NCBI GenBank assembly: GCA_963823335.1
Contig: CAWGLD010000005.1
Span: 256,001-320,000, forward strand
DNA length: 64,000 nt
Reading direction: 5' to 3'
Source of the DNA: an uncultured delta proteobacterium
Lineage (GTDB): Bacteria > Desulfobacterota > Desulfobacteria > Desulfobacterales > B30-G6
The notes below the pieces were generated by a model, which made no database searches, was not told the origin of the DNA, and was given only the letters and a program-made list of their open reading frames with translations. Positions 1 to 9,038 of the stretch are shown in pieces. Both the position numbers and the translations under genes were made by a program. Every line of letters starts with the position of its first letter. The first letter of the stretch is position 1.

Positions 1-1000
1 CTTTCACTTTTGCGACGAAGCGAAATCCGCTGCTGCCGGTTTCCGAATAGTTGGGAGTGATATGGTCCGCATTGCCCAAATAGAACCCGGTGCCGTATCC
101 TCTGTTACTGAGTTTAGCCAGCTCTTCGACCCACCATTTTTTCACTGTGTAGGCCTGTGGATCGTCCATGTAGCTGTCGACTGCTTCCCGGTAAACCTTC
201 ACGGTCGATGCCAGGTAGTTGATTCCTTTCATGCGGCCTTCAATTTTCAGGGAAATTATCCCCGAATCGATCATGTCCGGTATATGCTCAATCATGCAAA
301 GGTCACGAGAATTGAAGATATAGGACCCTCTCTTATCCTCGGCGATAGGGTAGTACTGCCCCGGTCGCTTTTCTTCACAAACCGTATAACTGAAGCGGCA
401 GGGTTGACAGCACATGCCACGGTTGCCGTCCCTGTTTTCCATGAAGTTGCTCAAAAGGCATCTTCCGGAATAGGAGATGCACATGGCGCCGTGTACAAAG
501 GCCTCAATCTCAAGAGTGGTGTGCTCAGCAATTGCTTCTATTTCCGGCAGGCTCAGCTCTCTCGCCACGTTGACTCTTTTGACGCCCTGAGATTCCCAGA
601 ACCGGGCGGCATTGTAGTTGGTCGTGTTGGTCTGGGTACTGAGGTGTATAGGTGTCTGTGGCATTCGTTCCCTGGACATGGCAAGGATGCCGGGGTCTGA
701 AATAATGATGGCGTCCGGATCCATGCTCCCCAGGGAGGTCAGGAAATCGGCGATGGCCACCTGTTCGTGGTTGCGCGGGAAAATGTTGCAGGCCACATAC
801 ACCTTTACCCCTTTTTCATGGGCAAAGGCGATGGCCTGTTGCATTTCGTCCAGTGTGAAATTGCCGGAAAAATTTCGCAGGCTGAAATCTTTGCCGGACA
901 AATACACGGCATCCGCGCCGAAGTGGACGGCGATCTCGAGTTTTTCAAAATTTCCAGCGGGAGCCAGAAGTTCCGGTTTTGATGGTGCCTGGTATTCCAT
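1..1000 (-). CDS. Peptidase U32 family protein (TrhP/YegQ-like), 3' end runs off the window
   Basis: Absent from the ORF track. My minus-strand translation from ATG 1000 gives MEYQAPSKPELLAPAGNFEKLEIAVHFGADAVYLSG... and the Fe-S motif HGAMCISYSGRCLLSNF...NRGMCCQPCR. Confidence 0.9.
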   Translation of the reverse strand, partial: MEYQAPSKPELLAPAGNFEKLEIAVHFGADAVYLSGKDFSLRNFSGNFTLDEMQQAIAFAHEKGVKVYVACNIFPRNHEQVAIADFLTSLGSMDPDAIIISDPGILAMSRERMPQTPIHLSTQTNTTNYNAARFWESQGVKRVNVARELSLPEIEAIAEHTTLEIEAFVHGAMCISYSGRCLLSNFMENRDGNRGMCCQPCRFSYTVCEEKRPGQYYPIAEDKRGSYIFNSRDLCMIEHIPDMIDSGIISLKIEGRMKGINYLASTVKVYREAVDSYMDDPQAYTVKKWWVEELAKLSNRGYGTGFYLGNADHITPNYSETGSSGFRFVAKVK

Positions 1001-1261
1001 TGGATTACTTTAAGGGGCATACGGCAAATATTCAAGTCTATAATTGGATGATCGCCCACTGCTTTCAGCGCGGGGTATCATCCAATTAGCGTGAAACGGA
1101 ATTATTCGCGTTTGCATATTGCCATTATTTATACTAATACCTGATCCAAGCCGGTCGGGAATCGTTACTTTTTGCGCAAGATGATATGCCAGGCGGGGCT
1201 ATAAGGCTGGAATGCTACAGACAACGCATGGCCCTAGGCTATAAGCAGTAAATAAGTATAG

Positions 1262-2176
1262 GTGGAACAGATGAATTTACGCTCCCTATTGATCTTTTCT
1301 CTGATAATCCTGGGATCGATATTTTCCTCCCCGGCCTGTGCTCAAAAGGTCAATGTTACGGACCTGCTGGGGCGACGCATGGCCATACCCAAAGATCCCG
1401 TGCGGGTGGTGTCCCTGGCGCCGAACATCACGGAGATCGTCTATGCACTGGGGCAGGCGCATCGCCTGGTGGGCGTCACGACCTACAGCGATTACCCGGC
1501 AGAGGCCGCCTCACTTCCCAAAGTCGGTTCTTATGTCCATCTCGATCTGGAGCGCATCGTATCCCTGGCGCCGGATTTATGCCTGGCCATCAAGGATGGC
1601 AACCCCATAGCGGCTGCATCGCGCCTGGAATCTTTAGGTATACCGGTATATGCTGCCGACCCGCGGGATCTTGAGAGTGTCATGGATACCATGTCCAGAA
1701 TCGGCAAACTTTTACAGGCCGATAAACAGGCAGAACAACTCGTGCAAGGCATGCAGCGTCGGATCCAGGCAGTGGAAGACCTGGTGGCCAAAACCGACCA
1801 CCGGCCGGGTCTGTTTTTTCAAATTGGTGTATCACCCATCGTATCCGTGGGAACCAACACATTTATCCATGAATTGATCATTCGGGCCGGTGCCAGGAAT
1901 CTTGCGGAGGGAGATGTTTCGTATCCAAGATTCAGCAAGGAGCAGGTATTGGGGATGATGCCGGATATCATCATTACGTCTTCCATGGCCCGCGCAGACG
2001 TTTTTGAGAAAATTAGAGCAGATTGGTACCAATGGAAGAATCTGCCGGCGGTAAAAAATGATCGAATTTATTTTCAGGACTCGAACCTTTTCAATCGGCC
2101 CTCACCCAGACTTGTGGATGCTCTGGAAATCCTGGTGCGGTTGGTCCATCCTGAAATGTTCAAGGAAGGTCCATGA
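1262..2176 (+). CDS. btuF: Cobalamin/iron-siderophore ABC transporter periplasmic binding protein
   Basis: Signal peptide, RVVSLAPNITEIVYALG, DYPAEA, RPSPRL motifs; B12 riboswitch locus. Confidence 0.85.
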   Translation: MEQMNLRSLLIFSLIILGSIFSSPACAQKVNVTDLLGRRMAIPKDPVRVVSLAPNITEIVYALGQAHRLVGVTTYSDYPAEAASLPKVGSYVHLDLERIVSLAPDLCLAIKDGNPIAAASRLESLGIPVYAADPRDLESVMDTMSRIGKLLQADKQAEQLVQGMQRRIQAVEDLVAKTDHRPGLFFQIGVSPIVSVGTNTFIHELIIRAGARNLAEGDVSYPRFSKEQVLGMMPDIIITSSMARADVFEKIRADWYQWKNLPAVKNDRIYFQDSNLFNRPSPRLVDALEILVRLVHPEMFKEGP

Positions 2177-3183
2177 ATAGAGACCATTCTTATATTATAA
2201 AACGTTTATCAACGGTTTCCGGGCTGTTGCTGATCGTTCTGGTGGCTGTGATGCTGGTGGGTATTTCCATCGGGTCTTCCGGGAGCGGGGTCACATCTCT
2301 ATGGCACATCGTCACGGATCAGGATCAAGCAGATCCTATGCTCTTCACCATTATATGGAAGCTCCGTTTGCCAAGGGTATTGCTGGCTGCACTGGTGGGG
2401 GCGGCGCTTTCTCTTGGTGGCCTGGTATTTCAGGCGATTTTGAGAAACCCCCTGGCAGAGCCCTATATTCTAGGAATATCCGGGGGGTCGGCCATCGGTG
2501 CCATTATAGGGATATTGCTGGGACTTTCCCAGTTTCCGGGAATCACCCTGACATCATTTGCCGGCAGTCTTGCTACGCTGCTGCTGATTATTGGTATTTC
2601 CGCGGGGCAGTCGATTCTGCAAAAAAACGCCCTGCTTCTGTCCGGTGTGATGGTGAATGCCTTTTGTTCGGCCGTGATCATGTTTCTGGTCTCCATGACC
2701 CATGACACACGTCTTCACAATATCATCTTCTGGTTAATGGGGGATCTGTCACTGGGGAACCTGCAGCATACCGGAATTCTGGCCTTGGCTTTGATCCCCT
2801 GCTTCGCGATTATTTTCTGGTTTTCAAACACCATGAATCTCATGCTGATGGGAAAGGAGATGGCCCTGAGCATGGGGGTGAATATCAAGCGTGCCACGGT
2901 CATTCTGCTGGTAACGACGTCGTTGATGGTGAGCGCCTGTGTCAGCCAGTGCGGGCTCATCGGATTTGTAGGGCTTGTCATTCCCCACCTTTTTCGCCTG
3001 ATGCTGGGGTCTGATCATCGGATTCTGTTACCTGCCTGTATTCTGGGAGGGGGGGCCTACATGGTTGTCTGTGATCTACTGGCAAGAGCCCTTCCCCAGC
3101 ACGGGGAAATGCCGGCAGGGGTGATAACCGCATTGATCGGCGCACCGTTGTTTATCTATCTTCTCAAACGGAGCGGACGATGA
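2173..3183 (+). CDS. btuC: FecCD/BtuC-family ABC permease
   Basis: LRLPRVLLA, RNPLAEPYILGISGG, GLIGFVGLVIPH motifs; overlaps btuF stop (ATGA). Confidence 0.88.
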   Translation: MNRDHSYIIKRLSTVSGLLLIVLVAVMLVGISIGSSGSGVTSLWHIVTDQDQADPMLFTIIWKLRLPRVLLAALVGAALSLGGLVFQAILRNPLAEPYILGISGGSAIGAIIGILLGLSQFPGITLTSFAGSLATLLLIIGISAGQSILQKNALLLSGVMVNAFCSAVIMFLVSMTHDTRLHNIIFWLMGDLSLGNLQHTGILALALIPCFAIIFWFSNTMNLMLMGKEMALSMGVNIKRATVILLVTTSLMVSACVSQCGLIGFVGLVIPHLFRLMLGSDHRILLPACILGGGAYMVVCDLLARALPQHGEMPAGVITALIGAPLFIYLLKRSGR

Positions 3184-3977
3184 AACACGCCATCGCCCTG
3201 GAAAAGATCCAGTATTCCTATGCCAGGACACCGGTATTGCGGGATATTACATTTTCGGTGACCCCGGGTGATTTTTTCATTATCATAGGACCCAATGGAT
3301 CCGGAAAAACAACCCTGATGAAACTGATTGCAGGCATCGTCCCGCCGGACAGCGGCTTGTTGAATATTCTTGAGCGCCCGATTCATTCCTACAGCCGAAA
3401 GATCCTGGCAAGACAGATCGCATTTGTGCCCCAGTCGGTTCCCATTGACTTCCCCTTTACCGTAAAAGAAGTTGTATTGATGGGGCGATCTCCCTACCAG
3501 GGGATGCTGGGTCTGGAAAACAAAGAAGATATGGAAAAGACCCAGCAGGCCATCACTTTTACGGGCATGACGCATCTGGCTGATCGAAACATGAATCAGT
3601 TGAGCGGTGGTGAATGTCAGCGGGCCTTTATCGCCAGGGCCATTTGTCAGGAGCCGAGTGTGCTTCTTCTGGACGAGCCAACGGCATCTCTCGATCTCTC
3701 TCATCAGATACGCATCATGGACCTGATGGAAAAATTAAAAGCGGAAAAACAGATCACAATTGTCATGGTGTCGCATGATGTGAATCTGGCTGCCATGTAT
3801 GGTAACCGTTTGCTGTTGCTTGACAAAGGTCGTATCGCCGAAATCGGCCCGCCCCGGGAGGTTCTGACATACCAGAATCTTGAGAAATCCTATGGTTGTA
3901 CGCTTCTGGTGGATAAAAACCCCCTGGGGGATGTTCCCAGGGTGACCCTTGTTCCAGGGAAATTTGTGCCCAAATAA
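3180..3977 (+). CDS. btuD: ABC transporter ATP-binding subunit (BtuD/FecE-like)
   Basis: Walker A GPNGSGKT, LSGGECQR, LLLDEPT. Confidence 0.88.
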   Translation: MKHAIALEKIQYSYARTPVLRDITFSVTPGDFFIIIGPNGSGKTTLMKLIAGIVPPDSGLLNILERPIHSYSRKILARQIAFVPQSVPIDFPFTVKEVVLMGRSPYQGMLGLENKEDMEKTQQAITFTGMTHLADRNMNQLSGGECQRAFIARAICQEPSVLLLDEPTASLDLSHQIRIMDLMEKLKAEKQITIVMVSHDVNLAAMYGNRLLLLDKGRIAEIGPPREVLTYQNLEKSYGCTLLVDKNPLGDVPRVTLVPGKFVPK

Positions 3978-4024
3978 TAATATCGCGGGGCGATATTATC
4001 TGACGCACCTGCGGTGCTTTTTTT
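3977..4024. repeat. Two-hairpin element, copy 1 (could also act as the btuD terminator)
   Basis: ataatatcgc-ggg-gcgatattat ctgac gcacc-tgc-ggtgc then T7; reverse complement matches the elements at 12591 and 34852. Confidence 0.75.
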
Positions 4025-4088
4025 GGTTTATAGGTTCGAAAAAATAAAATAGCTTGACGAACCTTCCAATATTCATTATCAGCTTTAT

Positions 4089-4297
4089 AAGGTTCAGGTG
4101 CGAATCGATTCAAAAATAACAATGATATTTTTGAATGCTTAACAGGGAACTCCGTTAAATTCGGAGACGGACCCGCCGCTGTAACCCCTCCCTGATCACA
4201 GGGAACCCTTTCAGCCTCTGCGAGCCACTGTTCTGCTATAATAAGGATGGGAAGGCCGCTGAAAGGGTGGGGGAGTCAGAAGACCTGCCTGAATCTT
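4089..4297 (+). ncRNA. Cobalamin (AdoCbl) riboswitch
   Basis: P1 aaggttcagg/cctgaatctt, aacagggaa, cccgccgctgtaa, gccactg...gggaagg, B12-box gagtcagaagacctgcc; lies upstream of B12 uptake genes. Confidence 0.95.
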
Positions 4298-4355
4298 GGA
4301 TGGCGTCCCCGTGGCCAGGGACCCATTGACAGATCAGTGGATAAAAAAGGGCAAT

Positions 4356-4387
4356 CCCGGATCGATGCAATCGGTCCGGGTTTTTTT
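4356..4387 (+). terminator. Intrinsic terminator, riboswitch expression platform
   Basis: cccggatcgat-gca-atcggtccggg followed by T7. Confidence 0.85.
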
Positions 4388-4463
4388 ATGCCGGACCCGT
4401 TCTGATGTCGATGTTCTGTGGGAACATCATTCTTGAAACGAAACAAAAATTAGAAACGGGGAA

Positions 4464-5252
4464 ATGAACATGAAAAAAATGATGTGGGTTATTGTGGGTC
4501 TGCTTTTCCTGTCGATTCCATCGGCAGATGCTGAAATCGTAACATTCGACGATTTAAATCTCGGTCCGGACTCTTTTTACAATGGTTCTGACGGAGCTGG
4601 TGAATTCGAGAGCAATGGCGTTGTCTTCAATATATTTTACGATGACGAATTTGGCCCCTATTGGGAAGGCGTTGCCTACTCCAACACCACCGATACGACC
4701 ACACCGGACTTTACAAATCAATACAGTGCCATTACCGGAACAGGCGCCGATAACTCCAGCATCTATGGTGTCGCCTATTTGGGATTCTACGGTATCATAC
4801 CTACCATCACTTTTGCAGATGAAGTCAATCTTGCCAAGGCCTATATCACCAACACCACCTACGCATTCTTGGCTATGCAGGATGGAAATGCGCCTGCCAA
4901 AAAATTTGGCGGAGACGACGGAGATGATCCGGACTGGTTTTTATTGACCATTACCGGAAAAGATGTGGATGAAAACGTTACAGGTGTTATCGAATTCTAC
5001 CTGGCGGATTTTCGTTTTGCTGACAATTTACAGGATTATATTATTGATGATTGGACTGCCGTAGACCTTGGCAGTCTAGGCATGGTCAAGACGGTCGAAT
5101 TTTCTGTTTCTTCATCGGACGTGGGTGATTTTGGCATCAACACACCCACATATTTTGCCATCGACAGCATCGTCATCGATGATGATGATGGCGGCAATGG
5201 CGGCAATGGCGGCAATAATTCCACCTGCTTTATACGCTCTTTGGGTATGTAG
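4464..5252 (+). CDS. Secreted DUF4465-family protein (putative corrinoid-binding) with C-terminal CFI tail
   Basis: Sec signal (SADA|), YWEGVAYSN, NQYSAITG, YITNTTYA, KKFGG...DWFLLTITG, NTPTYFAID; Gly/Asn linker then TCFIRSLGM*. Confidence 0.8.
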   Translation: MNMKKMMWVIVGLLFLSIPSADAEIVTFDDLNLGPDSFYNGSDGAGEFESNGVVFNIFYDDEFGPYWEGVAYSNTTDTTTPDFTNQYSAITGTGADNSSIYGVAYLGFYGIIPTITFADEVNLAKAYITNTTYAFLAMQDGNAPAKKFGGDDGDDPDWFLLTITGKDVDENVTGVIEFYLADFRFADNLQDYIIDDWTAVDLGSLGMVKTVEFSVSSSDVGDFGINTPTYFAIDSIVIDDDDGGNGGNGGNNSTCFIRSLGM

Positions 5253-5325
5253 TAAAGCCATAAGTCATAAGCGCTAAGCTGCTCACAGCTTACACCTTAT
5301 AGCTTAAAGCTTACCGCTTTTAGCT
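5253..5325. repeat. Degenerate heptamer inverted-repeat element
   Basis: (aagccat/aagtcat/aagcgct)n followed by (ttatagc/ttaaagc/ttaccgc)n. Confidence 0.7.
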
Positions 5326-5337
5326 GCAAGAACAACC

Positions 5338-7377
5338 ATGATACGACATCGAAAAATAAATAGCTTTCCCGGCGTGATCTTCTTGGGTCTTCTTCTCCTT
5401 TTATTGCATATGGGCAACATCCCCTCGTTACAGGCCCAAGAGACGCCGGAGGAGCGTACGGTTTCTGAAACAGGGCAAAACCCGCCGCGTTTCGAGCTGG
5501 ACGAAATTGTGGTGACCGCCAGTGCTATGCAAGAACCCCTCAATACCGTTCCCAGAAACATAACCGTGGTTACCCGCGAGGACATCGAACAGGCTCCCAG
5601 CAAGAACATTGTGGACCTGTTGAACCGTGAGGCCGGTATCAATATGCGCAGTCTTTTCGGCAGTGACAAACAGGCGGTTATCGACATGCGTGGTATGGGG
5701 GCCACCGCGGCCAGCGATGTCATTGTCATGGTGGACGGCATCCGTATGAACTCATCGGACATGTCCGGGGTCGATTTTTCCAGCATTCCACTGGAGATGA
5801 TCGAGCGCATCGAAATTGTCCGGGGAGCCGGGTCAGTTATCTACGGCAGCGGAGCGGTGGGTGGTGTGATCAACATCGTGACCCGTAAAGGTACCCCTCA
5901 TAAGGAAACGAGGCTCTATGCCGCCTATGGCAGTTACGACACCAGAGATACACGGGCCGGTATGAGTGGCAGTGTTCAAGATCTGGGATATCATCTTAGT
6001 GCCGGGTACTATGATTCCGAAGGTTACCGGGATAACGGTGATCTGACCAAAAAGGATCTGGGGGGTGTCTTTGACTATTTTCTCACGGATATGATCACCT
6101 TGAACCTGTCCGGGGCCTACCACAAAGATGACTATGGACTGCCGGGTCCCGTGGGAAAACAGGATGTCGACTCCGGCAAAGACCGCATCAAGACCGATTT
6201 TCCCAAAGACGACGGGGAAACCATTGATAAACGAATCTCCGGTGGGTTTGATATCGATACAGATCACTGGGGATCCCTGAAGCTGGATGGGGGTTTTCGC
6301 TGGCGGAACAATCAATATATCGTGGGATACAGCCCCCTGTTATCGAAATCCGACCAGACAGACGAAATCGAAGAAAAATCAAATACCATGACACTGATCT
6401 ATGAAAAAGGCTATTCTCTTTTTGAACGGGCACATACATTTCAGCTCGGTATGGATCACTTTTTCACCGATTATGTACGCGAAGAGAATCCCGGGGGGCC
6501 ACGACAGAACAGCCAGATGACCTCGTTGGGTATTTTTACCAATAACCACTGGGCTTTATCCGAAAAGGCAGAATTTCAGTGGGGCTACAGGGTGAACCAG
6601 GTGGACGTAAAATTCCGCACAGATGAACAGGTTTCGTTTGGGGGGGTTCAGCGCTGGGTAAATGGTGATACCGATCACCCCGATTGGCGGAACACAGCCT
6701 ATGATGTGGGCTTGACTTACCGTTTGTTATCCGGGTTGACCATGTACACGAACTATGCCGCCCATTTCAGGGTTCCCAATGTTGATGAGCTTGCCGAGGC
6801 CGAACCGGGTCTGAAACCTCAGGAGGGAACCCAGGTGGAAGCGGGAGGACGTATGCAATTCGGCGATAACATGGAAGCTGCCATGACCCTCTTCACTATC
6901 ACCATCGAGGATGAAATATATTTCAGCGAAATCAACCGCAATTATGACCACAAGACAGTTCGAAACGGCATTGAAACAGATCTAAAATGGTACCCCAAAC
7001 CATTTTTGTTCATTTGGGGCAACTATTCTTATACCGAAGCAAGATTTAAAGGGGACGATGCGACGGTGCCGCTGGTTCCCCGCCACAAGGGATCTTTGGG
7101 CGTCGAGTGGGAGGCTGTACATGGTTTGACCCTCTCTGCAACCGGTACGTATGTCGGCTCGAGATATGATGGCAACGATGTGGACAACGACCGTTATGAG
7201 AAACTGGATGCCTACCAGGTCTTTGACACCAAAGCGACCTATGGGAAAAAAAGTCTCACGGTTTTTGTCGGTGTCAACAACCTTCTGGATGAACGATACG
7301 AAACGTCTTCATTCAGCGAAAGCTATTACCCCATGCCCGGCCGGAATTATTATGCCGGGGCGGAGATGAAGTTTTAA
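5338..7377 (+). CDS. btuB: TonB-dependent outer membrane receptor, probable cobalamin receptor
   Basis: TonB box DEIVVTA, plug IERIEIVRGAGSVIYGSGAVGGVINIVT, C-terminal PGRNYYAGAEMKF; downstream of the B12 riboswitch. Confidence 0.85.
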   Translation: MIRHRKINSFPGVIFLGLLLLLLHMGNIPSLQAQETPEERTVSETGQNPPRFELDEIVVTASAMQEPLNTVPRNITVVTREDIEQAPSKNIVDLLNREAGINMRSLFGSDKQAVIDMRGMGATAASDVIVMVDGIRMNSSDMSGVDFSSIPLEMIERIEIVRGAGSVIYGSGAVGGVINIVTRKGTPHKETRLYAAYGSYDTRDTRAGMSGSVQDLGYHLSAGYYDSEGYRDNGDLTKKDLGGVFDYFLTDMITLNLSGAYHKDDYGLPGPVGKQDVDSGKDRIKTDFPKDDGETIDKRISGGFDIDTDHWGSLKLDGGFRWRNNQYIVGYSPLLSKSDQTDEIEEKSNTMTLIYEKGYSLFERAHTFQLGMDHFFTDYVREENPGGPRQNSQMTSLGIFTNNHWALSEKAEFQWGYRVNQVDVKFRTDEQVSFGGVQRWVNGDTDHPDWRNTAYDVGLTYRLLSGLTMYTNYAAHFRVPNVDELAEAEPGLKPQEGTQVEAGGRMQFGDNMEAAMTLFTITIEDEIYFSEINRNYDHKTVRNGIETDLKWYPKPFLFIWGNYSYTEARFKGDDATVPLVPRHKGSLGVEWEAVHGLTLSATGTYVGSRYDGNDVDNDRYEKLDAYQVFDTKATYGKKSLTVFVGVNNLLDERYETSSFSESYYPMPGRNYYAGAEMKF

Positions 7378-7570
7378 GGGCAGGGTATGGATCTGAGGGT
7401 TGGAGGGGTAAAAGGGCAGGGTTGGAGGTTTGGAGGGTGCAGGGCTAAGAGAGCAGGAAAAGGAATTGTCTAGTTTTATTCTATCATATAAAACCTGATC
7501 CTTTGGGCCCGGGTTTCTACTGTTTAAAAAATCATATAATACTATAAGTTATATCGAGTAACTTAAAGTT

Positions 7571-8416
7571 ATGGTTAAGGTAAATGTAACAAGTATGATT
7601 AAGAAAAACATGATTGGCTTTCTTTTTTTTACGATGCAGTTGGTTGCTGTGTCGCTGACCTGGGCGGGGCCTTATCCACCCAGTGCGGACGAGTTCGGAT
7701 CCCATGCCATATCCATGAATGATTCTGCGCTGATATCCTGGGCCATCGGATACAGCGACTATCTTGTGGGGCAAAATGTGGATAAGACCTGGCAGGTTCC
7801 GGGAAATGCATTGGGGCCGGCAGAAGGTAATTCCTTTGACATCGTCGCCTTGGGAAGCGGCGGCAGGATCACGCTGAGATTTGATCCGCCCATCGAAAAC
7901 GGTGAGGGCTGGGATTTTGCTGTCTTTGAGAATTCTTTCAGCGATCGATATCTGGAACTGGCTTATGTAGAGGTTTCATCCAACGGAATTGATTTTGTTC
8001 GTTTTGATGCCATTTCTCTGACCCCCCATCCCGTACCGGGGTTCGGTAACATCGATCCTACGGATGTGGATGGTCTGGCCGGTAAATATCGACAGGGTTA
8101 CGGGACCCCTTTTGATCTCGAGGAGATTTCGGATAAGCCCGGAGTGCTTTCCGGAGATGTCGACCTTTCCAGTATATCCTTCATCAGAATTGTCGATGTC
8201 GTTGGTGACGGTACCTTTCTGGACAGTCTCGGGGAGGTCATCTATGATCCATATCCCACGGCCGGTAGCGCGGGATTCGATCTCGATGCCGTGGGGGTTT
8301 CAAACGGCGCACCTTATCCGGACGGCGAATATATCCCACCCAGCGCCCCGCCGGAAAATGGCGATTCCGGGTTTGGTGAGGATACGGGGTGCTTTATTTC
8401 AGCAGTGCTGTCGTAA
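7571..8416 (+). CDS. Secreted cell-surface-type protein with C-terminal CFI tail (start may be ATG 7595)
   Basis: Signal peptide (LTWA|), [13 protein letters not shown]...DFAVFENSF...[18 protein letters not shown]; Pro/Gly linker then GCFISAVLS*. Confidence 0.75.
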   Translation: MVKVNVTSMIKKNMIGFLFFTMQLVAVSLTWAGPYPPSADEFGSHAISMNDSALISWAIGYSDYLVGQNVDKTWQVPGNALGPAEGNSFDIVALGSGGRITLRFDPPIENGEGWDFAVFENSFSDRYLELAYVEVSSNGIDFVRFDAISLTPHPVPGFGNIDPTDVDGLAGKYRQGYGTPFDLEEISDKPGVLSGDVDLSSISFIRIVDVVGDGTFLDSLGEVIYDPYPTAGSAGFDLDAVGVSNGAPYPDGEYIPPSAPPENGDSGFGEDTGCFISAVLS

Positions 8417-9038
8417 AAATAGCCAGATTTCCCAGGATATGGATGGTTATGGGCACCATGAGGTTTTTTTCTTTTTCATAGGCCAGGGCAAACAGGATGC
8501 CGCCGACGATCTGTGGCAATGGAATCCGATGGAAGATTGCATGGGCCAAGACGAAGGCAGTCGTGCTGAAAAGAAGCGCCGCCCACATTCCCCAGCGCCG
8601 GAAGTACCCATAGAGCATGCCCCGGAAAAAAATCTCTTCGGCCACCGGACTGATGATACCGCCCACCACAAATAATAAAAACAGGCCTGGTTGTGTTGAG
8701 GAGATATTGGCGGCAATCAGATCTGCGGGATGCAGACCAGTTATCATCAGAATGACAGCCACCAGACCGACCATCAATCCGAACCCCGCCGACCAGAGAA
8801 ACCCTCTTAACAGACCATAGGTGATACGTTTCGGGAGAATACCGAGTGTTTTGATGCCGCCTGACTCGGTCATGTAGACGATCGTCAGAAGGAGTATGAT
8901 TTCGAGACTCCTGGCGCCACCGACAATGAGAATGGCTGCAGCGCTAAGGTTGTTCATGAGCGTTGCCAGCGATTCAATTATCAGAATGGCCGCCATGCCA
9001 AGCCCTACAGTTTTCAGTTTGATGCGATCTGTTTCCAA
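8394..9038 (-). CDS. CPBP (CAAX protease/Abi) family intramembrane glutamic protease
   Basis: EEIFFRG (EExxxR), FVLAH (FxxxH), IHILGN (HxxxN); multiple transmembrane segments. Confidence 0.9.
   Translation of the reverse strand: METDRIKLKTVGLGMAAILIIESLATLMNNLSAAAILIVGGARSLEIILLLTIVYMTESGGIKTLGILPKRITYGLLRGFLWSAGFGLMVGLVAVILMITGLHPADLIAANISSTQPGLFLLFVVGGIISPVAEEIFFRGMLYGYFRRWGMWAALLFSTTAFVLAHAIFHRIPLPQIVGGILFALAYEKEKNLMVPITIHILGNLAIFTTALLK

Noticed and set aside
62-1013. Plus-strand ORFs 62-700 and 618-1013
   Set aside because: Antisense shadows of the minus-strand U32 gene, which the track missed because its stop lies outside the window.
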